Positions 28,092 to 36,554 of a stretch of 64,000 nucleotides of DNA are shown here, piece by piece (within the stretch, counting starts at the first letter, position 1; every line of letters begins with the position of its first letter). Position numbers and translations under genes: made by a program. Below the pieces are notes generated by a model. That model made no database searches and was not told the origin of the DNA. It saw nothing but the letters and a program-made list of their open reading frames with translations. Source of the DNA: a virus; the IMG/VR virus record IMGVR_UViG_3300025543_000013, positions 12,475-76,474 of that record; one strand, 5' to 3'.

Positions 28092-29750
28092 ATGGCAGAA
28101 TTTTTTATAGATGAACCAAGAGAAATTGGAAAAAAAAGAGATAGATTATCTTCTCGTGAATTGAGTATGATAAAAGATAAGGCGTTTGAATCTTATAATG
28201 AGATGTTAAACTTGCCTAAATATAACAACCCGAAGGTAAATGAAATGATAGATATTACACCATCACATATTGAATTATTGAGAACTACTTTTGATACCGT
28301 CAAAGGTATCAATCCAAGTGGTGGTGCATACAAGAACTTAGTTGCATTTTTAGACAATCTAAGTCAAAGTTCATTAAAAAAATTATCCAATGCAAGAATT
28401 AAATTTGTTTCACCATTGGCAAAAAACAGATTAAATAAAAATGAAATGTTAAACAAACCTAATTATATTAGAAATGTAGCACCAATTCCGGCAAACCAAA
28501 AAGACGGAGAACATCAATATTATAATCCAGAAGTGGAAGAAGACAAAATTCCAGGTGGATTAGCCAAAGGAATGAGTTTAAATGATATTGCTAAAAAACA
28601 CAATGTAGATATTGAAGTGTTGAAAAAAGAATTCGTCAAAGGTGTGAAAACCGAAATGGAACACACCACAGATAAAGAAGTGGCAAAAGAAATTGCACTT
28701 GACCATATTTTTGAAGACCCAAAGTATTATACAAAGTTGGCAACAATAGAAGAAGATTGGTCAGACAAATACAAAAGAAGTATTGATTGCAACAACCCAA
28801 AAGGATTTAGTCAAAAGGCACATTGTCAAGGACGAGAAAAAAGAGAAGGAATTAATGAACGAGCACAACAAGCAGTATCGGGTGGAAAAGTTCATAAAAA
28901 TATTACAGGATTTAATTTACCATACAAAGGTAGAAAATACAAAGAAATAGATATGGAAGTTAAAAAAATTGACAACAAAACAGAAAAAGTTTTATTAAGA
29001 ATTTTAAATCCAAAAAATTTATTCGGACAACAAGTCGAAGTAACATTTAAAGAACTTCGTAGAGGCCCGTTTATGAAAACCGACACCAGTAAAGATGTTA
29101 AGGAGAATACTATGAAATCATTAAGTGAAATGATAAAAGAAATCACAATAGAAGAAAAGTTAAATTTATTTACGGAAAAGAATGTTCCGACAGACCCAGG
29201 TAAATGGGCATACTACAAAGCACAAGCTAAGAAAAAGTTTGATGTATATCCAAGTGCATATGCAAATGGATGGGCAGCAAAACAATATAAAGCAGCTGGT
29301 GGTGGTTGGAGAAAATCAAAAAGTGAATCCTTAGAAGAAGCTTGTTGGGTAGGATATAAACAAGTCGGTATGAAAGACAAAGGTGGAAAGAAAGTTCCTA
29401 ATTGTGTAAAAGAAATCACAGAAATATTTTACGAAGAAAATGGAAAAGGACACGGATACACTTTTGAATACATTAGAGAAAACGATTTAAACGAAGCAGA
29501 ATACCAAGGTCGTAAAGTTAAACTTGGTAAACCAATGCAAGGTGATGTCAAAAAATTTAAAGTATATGTTAAGAATCCAGAAGGAAATGTCGTCAAAGTA
29601 AACTTTGGACACAAAGGTAAAGACGGTGAAAAAACAATGAGAATTAGAAAATCTAATCCAGAGGCAAGAAAGAATTTTAGAGCAAGACATAATTGTGATA
29701 ATCCAGGCCCACGCCACAAAGCGAGATACTGGTCTTGTCGCAAATGGTAG
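28092..29750 (+). CDS. Modular polyprotein of short phage domains separated by [LIV]xE sites
   Basis: Modules include E.EHT.D...A.EIALDH..EDP.YY.KL, WS.KYKRSIDC.NPKGFSQKAHC, KFDVYPSAYANGW, CW.GYK..G.K.KGGK.VPNCV and VNFG...FRARHNC...ARYWSC. Confidence 0.75.
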   Translation: MAEFFIDEPREIGKKRDRLSSRELSMIKDKAFESYNEMLNLPKYNNPKVNEMIDITPSHIELLRTTFDTVKGINPSGGAYKNLVAFLDNLSQSSLKKLSNARIKFVSPLAKNRLNKNEMLNKPNYIRNVAPIPANQKDGEHQYYNPEVEEDKIPGGLAKGMSLNDIAKKHNVDIEVLKKEFVKGVKTEMEHTTDKEVAKEIALDHIFEDPKYYTKLATIEEDWSDKYKRSIDCNNPKGFSQKAHCQGREKREGINERAQQAVSGGKVHKNITGFNLPYKGRKYKEIDMEVKKIDNKTEKVLLRILNPKNLFGQQVEVTFKELRRGPFMKTDTSKDVKENTMKSLSEMIKEITIEEKLNLFTEKNVPTDPGKWAYYKAQAKKKFDVYPSAYANGWAAKQYKAAGGGWRKSKSESLEEACWVGYKQVGMKDKGGKKVPNCVKEITEIFYEENGKGHGYTFEYIRENDLNEAEYQGRKVKLGKPMQGDVKKFKVYVKNPEGNVVKVNFGHKGKDGEKTMRIRKSNPEARKNFRARHNCDNPGPRHKARYWSCRKW

Positions 29751-29757
29751 GAGAGTT

Positions 29758-32700
29758 ATGAAATCAAAACTAACAGAATGGTTAGTTAAACCTTATATCA
29801 ATGAAGGCGTTGAACTCGACATTGAAGTCGGTGATGACGTCTTGATGGGTAGGTTTAAAAACAAACGAGTCAAAGTCAAATCTATTGATTGGAATGACAA
29901 AGGTGATTTATTAATCAACGGAAGACCCGCATTAAAATTTAGAAAAGTAGACAATGATAGAAAATTACTACCGACTAAAAAGTCAGGTGAGGATTCCATA
30001 GAACCAGATTCCGATAGAAAAGGTATTGATGACGAATTCCCATATTACAAAACAGAAAACACAATGCACGAGTGTATTGCATTTTCTAAAAAGTTTGGAG
30101 ACGATATTGTATTGGGAAAAAATCGTGATAGAAATTACACACCAGAATTAAAAATCGTAAGAGAAATAAGTGGAAACGGAATAGAAGTTTGTTATGTTCA
30201 AGACCAAGATACAGATTGGTCAGAAGGTATGAACTCAAATGGTATTGGATTGGTTAATTCAGCATTATTTGTTAAACGAGATGAAAAAGATTATGATAAA
30301 TCTAAAAAGAAAAAGGCTCCTTCCAAAGACGGAATTCGTATAAGACACGCATTATCAAAAGATACACTACGAGATGTTGTGGAATCATTGGTTAAATTCG
30401 ACACAGGAGTTAAAGGACACACAATCGTAAGTGATGGTAAAAAAGTAGTGGTGATTGAAAACACCAGTAGAACAAAAGCATCAGTCAAAATACACGACAT
30501 ATCTAATTCAGTCGTTAGAACAAATCACGGACTTGAACATCCAGAACAAGGATATACAAGAGGGCCAGATAGAATTTCATCTCAATTGAGATTAAAAAAT
30601 GCACAAAACATTATTGATAATGAAAGTGATTACAAAAAATTATTTCCTAAATTTTATAACCATACACAAAATAAAGGCCCAAAATATGATGTCGTAAGAG
30701 CACAAAATAAATTATGGACATCAAGTCAAATTTTAATGAATTTAAATAAACGAGAAATGATGTTGTATTTAATTCCAGGAGCAGTCAAGTTTATTGGTGT
30801 GGAAAACAAATTACCAAAAGGATATGATAAAAAAATTAATTTAGTGGTTCGTGAATACGAACATAGTCCAAGTGATAAATACGGAACTTATGTTAAAACA
30901 ACTGAAAAACCAAAACCAAGTGCCATTAAAGATAAAGACATCAAAGTAGAAAGTTTCTTTGGATTAGAAGCAAAAAGAATTCCAAGAAAAAAAGGACAAC
31001 ATCAAGGTTCATCAAGTCATTCAGATTTATACACAGATGAAAATCCAAAAGGAACAATACACGGATTAAAGTTTGCAACCGTAGATGACGCAAAAAAATC
31101 CGTTAGTAAAATAAAAGGTAGTGGTAAATCTCACGCTCACAAAATACAAGCGGCAGTTGCTATGGAACAACGAGCAAGAGAAATGGGTAAAACTGCACAA
31201 GCAGCAGTTTATCGTAGTTATATCAACCAGATGAAAAAGAAGACCAAAGAAAAGAATGAGGGATTTTTTGGATTAGGAGCAGGAGACATTCCTTCACCAA
31301 GTCGTAAAATGGTAAAGAAAATGAAAAAGAAAGGAAATACATCAGTTCCTTATGGTAGTGGATATAAAAAAGTAAACGAACAAAAATCAAAAATTAAAAA
31401 AGTAATCGCAATATATCCAGGTCGTTTTCAACCATTCGGCCCACATCATAAAAAAGTATTTGACGCATTATCAAGTAAATTTGATGACGCTTACATCACA
31501 ACATCAAACATCAAACAACCACCAAGACACCCAATGAACTTTAATGAAAAAGTTCGTCATATGGTAAAAATGGGTGTTCCAAAAAATAAAATCGTTCAAG
31601 AAAAAAGTCCTTATGTGGCAAATAATTTATTGAGAAAGTTTGATAAAGATACCACCGCAGTTGTTTATGTGTTTGGTGCAAAAGACGCCGGTAGATTAGC
31701 AGGTGGAACCAAGAAATCAGGTGGTAAAACTTATTATCAAGATTTAAAATCAAATATCAATGATTTAAAAGGATATGAAGAACACGGATACATTTATACC
31801 GCACCGCATGTAAATGTTAGTGGTATATCAAGTGGAACAGAAATCCGTAATTTATTAGGTAGTCCAAAGTTTGATGAAAAGAAAAGACAACAAATCTTTA
31901 AAAAAACATTTGGTTATTTTGACCAAGGTTTGTATAATATGTTGACCAATAAATTTAAAAAATTATTTGAATTTTATCAACAACCACAAGTAAAAAAATT
32001 ATTGAAAGAAGTCAGTGCATTAGGAACTCATTTTAACGGAAGTGATTTAGATGATGAGGGTATGTATGATTTTTTTGGGTCTATTGATGATTATGTTAGA
32101 GTATCACCAATGCATGCAGAAATTTTAGGTTGGGAGTTAATTGGATTTCCAATTCGTGACACAGAAGATATGATGTTTACTATTATGTCAGATGATTATG
32201 AAAAAGATAGAGTTGATACTACGACTTTTGGTAGAACGATTAATCAAAACACAAGAAATACTAAATCAGTAGATAATCCATTTCCAAAATATAAAGAACA
32301 TATGAGAAATGTTGTGGGTAATTTAGGTTGGGAAATAATTAAATTTTACGGAGAAGAATCATTTACCAAGATGAAAGATTCACCAACACTAAATAAAAAA
32401 GATGTATATAAAGGTGTTGACCATATTAAAGATAAATTAGCAGAAGAATTTGTTGAAGATGTAAAAAAAGTCTTTTTAATTGAAGGTGGAGCATACGGAC
32501 ATATGAATCACCCGTTTGACGATAATAATTTGACGTTTTCAGATTTGAAGAATATAATTATATATGGGTTAGAAGGAACTTTAAATCGTGAAGATAATGT
32601 TTCTGAAAAACTTGACGGACAAAACCTAATGGTAAGTTGGGTTGACGGAAATTTAAGAGCAGCCCGAAACAAAGGACACCTAAAAAATGGTGGTAAAACA

Positions 32701-33708
32701 GCACCAACAACCGCAGGTATCGCAAGTATGTTTGCCGGTAGAGGAAACATCAAAACTGCATTTGTTGGAGCAATGAAAGATTTAGAAAATGCGATTGGTA
32801 AATTATCCAATCCACAAAAAGAAAAAATATTTGGTAATGGAACCAAATGGATGAACTTGGAGGTTATATATCCACAAACAGCAAATGTAATCGATTATGA
32901 TGTCGCAGAAATTATATTTCACGGAACAATCGAATATGATAAAACCGGTAGACAAATAGGATATTCAAAAGAAGCAGCTCGTATGTTACAAGGTATGATA
33001 CAACAAATAAACCAAAACATTCAAAAAAGATTTAAAATCGGTAAACCAAACTTTTTACAATTGAATAAAGTTCAAGATTTTAGTAAAAAGAAATCTACAT
33101 TTTTAGGTAAATTAAATAAATTACAAGCACAATACGGATTAAAAGATAATGATAGATTAGGTCAGTATCACGAATCATTTTGGAGAGAATATATTTTTAA
33201 TGCAGCAAAACAATTTAAAGTTTCGTTGAAACAAAATGAATTAGTAAATTTAACGAATCGTTGGGCATACTTTGATAAATCATATAAAGTTCCAGAAATC
33301 AAAGAAGACTTTAAAGACAGACCAGAATTTATGAAATGGATATTAGATACAGATAAACTTGACCACAATAAAATGTGGAAAGAAAATATCAAACCATTTG
33401 AAATATTATTTTTTCAAGTAGGAGCAGAAATTCTAAAAAATATGTCAGGATTTTTAGCAGTATCACCGGATAAAGCAGTTCAAAAAATTAAACAAGATGT
33501 AACAAATGCATTAAAAGATTTACAAAAACCAGATAATGTAGAAAAGTTATCTAAATTAAAAACACAAATAGAAAAATTAGAAGCTATCGGGGGTTCAAGT
33601 GCAATCGTTCCAAGTGAAGGATTGGTATTTAAATACAATGGTAGTCTTTACAAGTTTACCGGAGCATTTGCACCGATTAATCAAATACTCGGTAGTTTAA
33701 GATTTTAA
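29758..33708 (+). CDS. 1316-aa multidomain polyprotein: KOW-like domain, Ntn-hydrolase, DLYTDENP domain, HIGH nucleotidyltransferase, unknown domain, KxDG ligase-like domain
   Basis: Start at ATG 29758 behind SD AGGAG. Motifs: E|CIAF...GKNRD...EGMN, YPGRFQPF...SSGTEIR, GHMNHPFD...EKLDGQN...EGLVF. Confidence 0.8.
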   Translation: MKSKLTEWLVKPYINEGVELDIEVGDDVLMGRFKNKRVKVKSIDWNDKGDLLINGRPALKFRKVDNDRKLLPTKKSGEDSIEPDSDRKGIDDEFPYYKTENTMHECIAFSKKFGDDIVLGKNRDRNYTPELKIVREISGNGIEVCYVQDQDTDWSEGMNSNGIGLVNSALFVKRDEKDYDKSKKKKAPSKDGIRIRHALSKDTLRDVVESLVKFDTGVKGHTIVSDGKKVVVIENTSRTKASVKIHDISNSVVRTNHGLEHPEQGYTRGPDRISSQLRLKNAQNIIDNESDYKKLFPKFYNHTQNKGPKYDVVRAQNKLWTSSQILMNLNKREMMLYLIPGAVKFIGVENKLPKGYDKKINLVVREYEHSPSDKYGTYVKTTEKPKPSAIKDKDIKVESFFGLEAKRIPRKKGQHQGSSSHSDLYTDENPKGTIHGLKFATVDDAKKSVSKIKGSGKSHAHKIQAAVAMEQRAREMGKTAQAAVYRSYINQMKKKTKEKNEGFFGLGAGDIPSPSRKMVKKMKKKGNTSVPYGSGYKKVNEQKSKIKKVIAIYPGRFQPFGPHHKKVFDALSSKFDDAYITTSNIKQPPRHPMNFNEKVRHMVKMGVPKNKIVQEKSPYVANNLLRKFDKDTTAVVYVFGAKDAGRLAGGTKKSGGKTYYQDLKSNINDLKGYEEHGYIYTAPHVNVSGISSGTEIRNLLGSPKFDEKKRQQIFKKTFGYFDQGLYNMLTNKFKKLFEFYQQPQVKKLLKEVSALGTHFNGSDLDDEGMYDFFGSIDDYVRVSPMHAEILGWELIGFPIRDTEDMMFTIMSDDYEKDRVDTTTFGRTINQNTRNTKSVDNPFPKYKEHMRNVVGNLGWEIIKFYGEESFTKMKDSPTLNKKDVYKGVDHIKDKLAEEFVEDVKKVFLIEGGAYGHMNHPFDDNNLTFSDLKNIIIYGLEGTLNREDNVSEKLDGQNLMVSWVDGNLRAARNKGHLKNGGKTAPTTAGIASMFAGRGNIKTAFVGAMKDLENAIGKLSNPQKEKIFGNGTKWMNLEVIYPQTANVIDYDVAEIIFHGTIEYDKTGRQIGYSKEAARMLQGMIQQINQNIQKRFKIGKPNFLQLNKVQDFSKKKSTFLGKLNKLQAQYGLKDNDRLGQYHESFWREYIFNAAKQFKVSLKQNELVNLTNRWAYFDKSYKVPEIKEDFKDRPEFMKWILDTDKLDHNKMWKENIKPFEILFFQVGAEILKNMSGFLAVSPDKAVQKIKQDVTNALKDLQKPDNVEKLSKLKTQIEKLEAIGGSSAIVPSEGLVFKYNGSLYKFTGAFAPINQILGSLRF

Positions 33709-33720
33709 GGAGAATAGGTT

Positions 33721-34293
33721 ATGGCAAATTATAGTAAAGATTCAGAAAGACAAAATAAAGCACTCAAAGATTTAATGGGTGGTAAACAATATGAAAAAAA
33801 TTATACACAAGTCGGATATCAACCTAAGGTAGAAAATCGTGGTGGAGAAACCAGAAAATCAGAATTAACAGATGTTATGGCATCAGTAAGAATGCCTTGG
33901 TTTTGTCCTAAGTGTCAGAAGGCAATGAAGAAAAGACTTGATGACAAATTTTGGAGAATTGCAGGACATTGTTTTGATTGTCAAATAGAAATGGAAAACA
34001 AAATGAGAATTAAAGATTATTCTGAATATGAAAAATATGCACAGAAAAAAGTATTGGAAAATCAAAAAGCATATTTAAAAGATTTAGAACAAAGTATTGA
34101 TGAATTTGAAAAAACAGGTGGTAAACAAGAATGGTTTAATCAAGTTGGTGTCAACACACCAGAACTTCAAAAAGAAAAATGGGAAATGGGTAAAGAAAAT
34201 TTTGAATCAATGGTTAAAGAAGCAAAAGATTTTATACGAGAAAAGAAACAACTCGTTGAAGACGCAGAAAAACAACTAACAGGAGTTAAATAA
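33721..34293 (+). CDS. Zn-finger (CxxC...CxxC) hypothetical protein
   Basis: FCPKC...HCFDC. SD AGGAG. Confidence 0.7.
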   Translation: MANYSKDSERQNKALKDLMGGKQYEKNYTQVGYQPKVENRGGETRKSELTDVMASVRMPWFCPKCQKAMKKRLDDKFWRIAGHCFDCQIEMENKMRIKDYSEYEKYAQKKVLENQKAYLKDLEQSIDEFEKTGGKQEWFNQVGVNTPELQKEKWEMGKENFESMVKEAKDFIREKKQLVEDAEKQLTGVK

Positions 34294-34574
34294 TGAATAT
34301 CATTCAAATGATACTAAACCTATTCTTTGGTGGAAATAAGAAAAAAGAAGTCAAAGAATTAGACAAAGCAATCAAAGCAAAAGACCAAGAAGTTAAAGAA
34401 CTTGAAAAAGAAGTAGAAGTTCTTGAGTCAAAGAAAAAAGTTAACAAAAAAGAAGTAGCTAAATTAAAAAGAAAAGTCACTACTACTAAAAAAGAAATTG
34501 AAAAAGCATCAGAAGCAGTCAAAGAAGATAATGCTGATGACGCAGTAAAATTTTTGAAGAAATTCAGTAAGTAG
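34293..34574 (+). CDS. Membrane-anchored coiled-coil protein (possible spanin component)
   Basis: Hydrophobic N-terminus followed by a Lys/Glu coiled coil. Confidence 0.45.
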   Translation: MNIIQMILNLFFGGNKKKEVKELDKAIKAKDQEVKELEKEVEVLESKKKVNKKEVAKLKRKVTTTKKEIEKASEAVKEDNADDAVKFLKKFSK

Positions 34575-34578
34575 TATA

Positions 34579-34586
34579 TATTTATA
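34579..34586 (+). promoter_or_regulatory. Putative late promoter TATTTATA (3 nt before the ATG, so possibly a leaderless mRNA)
   Basis: Recurrent motif. No SD before ATG 34590. Confidence 0.45.
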
Positions 34587-34589
34587 TAT

Positions 34590-34970
34590 ATGAGATATTT
34601 AATTTACATATTATTTTTTGGATTAGTTTTTTCACAAGACGCAACCAAAACCTACACTTTTACCGAAGATGAAGTTTTGGGATTCACTAATCGTATCAAA
34701 GAATTAGAACTAAAAGATAGTTTGAATGTTTCTTTGGTAATGGATTTAGAATCACAAATCAAATTATATGAGGAAAACTCAGTAATTGATTCAATGTTGA
34801 TTGAGAATAAAACTAATCAAATTAATCTACTGAAAGACACCACCAAACTTCTTGAACAAAAAGTAAAACTCGTTCAACCTAAATGGTATGAAAACAAATG
34901 GTTATACTTTACATATGGAGTTTTGATGACTGCTACATCAGTTAAGTTAGCAGGTCAAATAGTAGATTAA
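34590..34970 (+). CDS. Secreted or membrane coiled-coil protein (possible spanin-like)
   Basis: Signal-peptide-like N-terminus, coiled coil, KWYE.KW plus a C-terminal hydrophobic segment. Confidence 0.5.
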   Translation: MRYLIYILFFGLVFSQDATKTYTFTEDEVLGFTNRIKELELKDSLNVSLVMDLESQIKLYEENSVIDSMLIENKTNQINLLKDTTKLLEQKVKLVQPKWYENKWLYFTYGVLMTATSVKLAGQIVD

Positions 34971-36541
34971 TGGCAGAACAAATAAAAGAAGTAATCAAAG
35001 CCGAATATATAAAGTGTGCACAAGACCCAGCATACTTTATGAAAAAGTTTTGTATGATACAACACCCGATACGAGGAAAAATACCTTTTGAGTTGTATGA
35101 TTTCCAAGAGAAAACGGTTCGTGAATTTAAAGACAATCGTTTTAACATTATTTTGAAATCAAGACAATTGGGTATTTCTACTTTATCCGCCGGTTATTCT
35201 TTGTGGTTGATGACATTTTTCCAAGATAAAAACATCTTGGTAATTGCAACCAAACAAGAAGTAGCCAAAAACTTGGTAACGAAAGTTCGTGTTATGCACG
35301 CAAATTTACCGAGTTGGTTGAAACAAAGATGTGTTGAGGACAATAAATTAAATCTTCGTTATATGAATGGTAGTCAAATCAAGGCAGTATCATCAGGACC
35401 AGAGGCCGCTCGTTCGGAAGCTCTATCTTTGTTGATATTAGATGAGGCAGCATTCATTGACAAGATTGACGAAATATGGACTGCGTCACAACAAACCTTG
35501 ACAACCGGTGGTAGTTGTATCGCTTTATCAACACCGAATGGTGTGGGTAATTGGTTTCACAAAACTTGGATAGATGCTGAAGAAGCAACCGGTATGTTTA
35601 ATCCGATTAAACTACATTGGACGGTTCATCCAGATAGAACTCAAGAGTGGAGAGATGAACAAGATACTTTACTTGGGCCAAGTTCAGCAGCACAAGAATG
35701 TGATTGTGACTTCTTGACTTCTGGTACTGGGGTAATTGACCCAATCATTTTGGAAAAAATGAGAAAAAGTTTATGTATTGACCCAATAGAAAAAAGAGGT
35801 ATCGATAGTAATATGTGGGTTTGGGAACCACCAAACTATTCAAAAGATTATTTGGTATGTGCTGATGTGGGTCGTGGAGATTCAGCAGACTATTCTGCAT
35901 TTCACGTGATTGAGTTAGAAACTTTAACACAAGTGGCAGAATATAAAGGTCGTATCAATACAAAAGATTTTGGTAATATGTTGGTTAGTGTGGCAACAGA
36001 ATATAATGATGCTTTACTAATTATAGAAAACAACAATATTGGTTGGGCAACAATCCAACAGGTAATCGATAGAGATTATCCAAATTTATTTTATACAAGT
36101 AAAGACTTACAATATGTTGATGTTCAACATCAAGTCACGAATAAACATTATCGTGAAGAAAAAAATATGGTGGCCGGTTTTTCAACGACTTCTAAGACCA
36201 GACCACTAATTATTAGTAAGTTAGAAGAATTTTTTAGAGAAGAAAGTGTAGTGATTCGTTCAAATCGTTTGATTGATGAATTATTGACTTTCGTCTATAT
36301 AAATAACAGAGCACAAGCGATGAACGGATACAATGATGATTTAGTTATGTCGTTTGCAATTGGACTTTGGGTTCGTGATACGGCATTAAGACTACGAACA
36401 CAAGGTGTGGAATTAACAAAGAAAACTCTATCCAAAATGATGGATAATCAGGGTTTATACACTCAAGAAGACGCAAGAAAAAATGATTCTTGGGAGTGGG
36501 ACACAGGAAAAAATAAAGAGTCATTAGATTGGCTTTTATAA
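34970..36541 (+). CDS. terL: Terminase large subunit (T4 gp17-like)
   Basis: LKSRQLGIST Walker A, LILDEAAF Walker B, STPNG, ADVGRG..DYS and DDLVMS nuclease motifs. Confidence 0.97.
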   Translation: MAEQIKEVIKAEYIKCAQDPAYFMKKFCMIQHPIRGKIPFELYDFQEKTVREFKDNRFNIILKSRQLGISTLSAGYSLWLMTFFQDKNILVIATKQEVAKNLVTKVRVMHANLPSWLKQRCVEDNKLNLRYMNGSQIKAVSSGPEAARSEALSLLILDEAAFIDKIDEIWTASQQTLTTGGSCIALSTPNGVGNWFHKTWIDAEEATGMFNPIKLHWTVHPDRTQEWRDEQDTLLGPSSAAQECDCDFLTSGTGVIDPIILEKMRKSLCIDPIEKRGIDSNMWVWEPPNYSKDYLVCADVGRGDSADYSAFHVIELETLTQVAEYKGRINTKDFGNMLVSVATEYNDALLIIENNNIGWATIQQVIDRDYPNLFYTSKDLQYVDVQHQVTNKHYREEKNMVAGFSTTSKTRPLIISKLEEFFREESVVIRSNRLIDELLTFVYINNRAQAMNGYNDDLVMSFAIGLWVRDTALRLRTQGVELTKKTLSKMMDNQGLYTQEDARKNDSWEWDTGKNKESLDWLL

Positions 36542-36554
36542 AGTGAGGTAAAAA

